A stretch of DNA of 64,000 nucleotides. It comes from an uncultured bacterium. Its GTDB lineage: Bacteria; UBA8481. The notes beneath the pieces were generated by a model that saw only the letters and a list, made by a program, of their open reading frames with translations, searched no databases and was not told where the DNA came from. Numbering within the stretch: position 1 is the stretch's first letter; each line of letters begins with the position of its first letter. A program made the translations under genes and the position numbers. Of this stretch, positions 62,469-64,000 are shown one piece after another. Where the stretch lies: NCBI GenBank assembly GCA_964499705.1, contig CAZCME010000001.1:72943-136942 (forward strand), in the 5' to 3' direction.

Positions 62469-62490
62469 TTTTCCGTGAAGATATTCACGG
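62448..62490. repeat. Partial third copy of the palindromic element (left arm + inner hairpin)
   Basis: AATACGGGGACAGTATACTGATTTTCCGTGAA-GATA-TTCACGG. Confidence 0.88.
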
Positions 62491-62513
62491 GCCGGCGGAG
62501 TATCCTCTCGAAC

Positions 62514-63926
62514 ATGAATGTTCATCGTCTCAAAGAGATCGCTTTCGCGGCGCTCGCGCTTGTCATATTACCGCTATCCGCCGCCCGCGCGGATGAGGAA
62601 TGGATCCTGTCGTGGCACGATGAGTTTGACGGGCCCGCGGTCGATACGTCGAAATGGCGCATCGAGGATGCGGCGCTCGTCAAGAATCATGAGAAGCAGT
62701 ATTACGCCCCGGATGACGTTTATATCCGGGATGGTGTTCTTGTCCTGCGGTCGCAACACCGCGACATGGGCGGCCGCGCATTCACGTCGGGGCTTGTGGA
62801 ATCCAAGAATCTCTTCTCCCAGCGATACGGCCGGTTCGAATTCCGATCGCGACTGCCATATGGCAGGGGAATTTGGCCCGCCAACTGGATGCTCGGCGCG
62901 ACGATCGACCAGGTCGGATGGCCGGCCTGCGGCGAGATCGATGTCATGGAACTTCTCGGACACGACACGGCGACGATTTATCAGACGACCCACTGGGGTC
63001 CTCCGCTCCGATCGAGCGGCACGCCCTGCAAGGGCCGTGACTTTGCCGATACGTTTCACATCTTCGCCGTCGAGTGGGAGCCGTTCGAAGTCCGGTACTT
63101 CATCGACAACGTCCTGAATCACAGGGATGTTTCGCCCCGATTCATTCCCGATGTTCCGGCATACATCCTCCTGAACACGGCTGTGGGCGGCGACTGGCCG
63201 GGCGATCCGGACTCCACCACGATCTTTCCCCATTATCACGAGATCGATTACGTGCGTGTGTATCGGCGACCTGGTTCCTATGATTCCCTCGTCCAACTGA
63301 ATACGGTTGCCTCTCATGGGGCGATCCGAACTTCGCCCCAACGACAACTCTTCACGAAGGGCAGCGCGGTGACCATCGAGGCCGTTCCGGATTTCGGTTT
63401 CCGTTTCGCCGGATGGACGGGCGCGCATTTCGGAACGGAGCCATTCGGCGAGCTCGTCATGGACACGGACCGAATCGTCACCGCGAGCTTTGAGATTGAT
63501 CCCGCCTCGGCGCCCCTTCTTTCCAGAGGTGCTGTCTGCCGGGCATCCTCGGAAGAGAGCGATCGCACTCCGGCGGGAAATGTCACGGATGGCGATCCCG
63601 CGACGCGATGGGCATCGGCCTGGTCGGATCCGCAATGGATCACGATCGACCTGGGCGAAATGCGGAACGTGGATATCGTCCGGCTTGCATGGGAGACCGC
63701 TTCGGCCAGGGAGTTCCGTGTCGAGCTCTCCCGCGACGGCGCCGACTGGCGGACGATCCACGAGTCGAGCGAAGGTCAGGGCGGTTTCACGCATATCGGG
63801 AATATCGGCGCGACGGCGAGATACGTCCGCCTGCTCGGAATCCGGCGCAATACACCTTGGGGATATTCGCTCTACGATTTCAATGTCTATGGAAAGGCAT
63901 CAGGAGCCGGTCGCAAGGCGGATTGA
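62514..63926 (+). CDS. Secreted GH16 beta-glucanase (laminarinase-like) + InlB B-repeat-like + F5/8 (CBM32) domain
   Basis: Signal peptide, W.DEF, GIWPA.W, GEIDVME catalytic motif, GGDWPG; F.GW.G repeat; DGD..TRWAS..PQWITIDLG. Confidence 0.9.
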   Translation: MNVHRLKEIAFAALALVILPLSAARADEEWILSWHDEFDGPAVDTSKWRIEDAALVKNHEKQYYAPDDVYIRDGVLVLRSQHRDMGGRAFTSGLVESKNLFSQRYGRFEFRSRLPYGRGIWPANWMLGATIDQVGWPACGEIDVMELLGHDTATIYQTTHWGPPLRSSGTPCKGRDFADTFHIFAVEWEPFEVRYFIDNVLNHRDVSPRFIPDVPAYILLNTAVGGDWPGDPDSTTIFPHYHEIDYVRVYRRPGSYDSLVQLNTVASHGAIRTSPQRQLFTKGSAVTIEAVPDFGFRFAGWTGAHFGTEPFGELVMDTDRIVTASFEIDPASAPLLSRGAVCRASSEESDRTPAGNVTDGDPATRWASAWSDPQWITIDLGEMRNVDIVRLAWETASAREFRVELSRDGADWRTIHESSEGQGGFTHIGNIGATARYVRLLGIRRNTPWGYSLYDFNVYGKASGAGRKAD

Positions 63927-63933
63927 ATTTCGA

Positions 63934-63961
63934 TTGACGGTCCTCGCGCCATCGGTATCAT
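63934..63961 (+). promoter_or_regulatory. Putative sigma70 promoter
   Basis: TTGACG (63934-39), 16-bp spacer, TATCAT (63956-61). Confidence 0.6.
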
Positions 63962-63969
63962 CCGGTCGA

Positions 63970-64000
63970 TTCAACGCACAGGTGCCCCTTCGGGGGTGAA
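63970..64000 (+). promoter_or_regulatory. Probable 5' part of a cobalamin riboswitch, truncated by window end
   Basis: AGGTGCCCC-TTCG-GGGGTGAA matches the typical opening that precedes AGGGAA in B12 riboswitches; lies just after a promoter. Confidence 0.5.

Overview
GC-rich (by eye ~60-65%) chromosomal segment of a diderm bacterium (LptD-like gene present); the lineage cannot be assigned from this window. Housekeeping blocks: spoIID-like/queA, a TCA cluster (icd, mdh, sdhCAB+fabF, sucCD), a nucleotide-sugar/glycan locus (ugd, UXS, three epimerases, wbpA-like, wecA-like, UbiA-type, flippase-like), nif3/DUF164, a late cobalamin operon (bluB, cobO, cobB, cobU, cobT, cobS, cobD-cobQ fusion, cbiB, interrupted by an aldehyde dehydrogenase), addB-addA, an archaeal-type STT3/AglB-like oligosaccharyltransferase and a GH16-CBM32 enzyme. 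The window ends in a promoter and what looks like the 5' start of a cobalamin riboswitch. An accessory stretch (17.3-25.1 kb) holds a Zn-ribbon/TPR + SPFH + 4TM + pentameric ligand-gated ion channel operon facing two tandem paralogous unknown proteins. Intergenic DNA carries several repeat families: 70-74 bp perfect palindromes with a compensatory change, a MITE-like element with TIRs and a near-perfect 9-bp TSD, and heptamer hairpins. Many genes look leaderless. No rRNA, tRNA, CRISPR or transposase was seen. All product calls come from motif recognition by eye, not from database searches.
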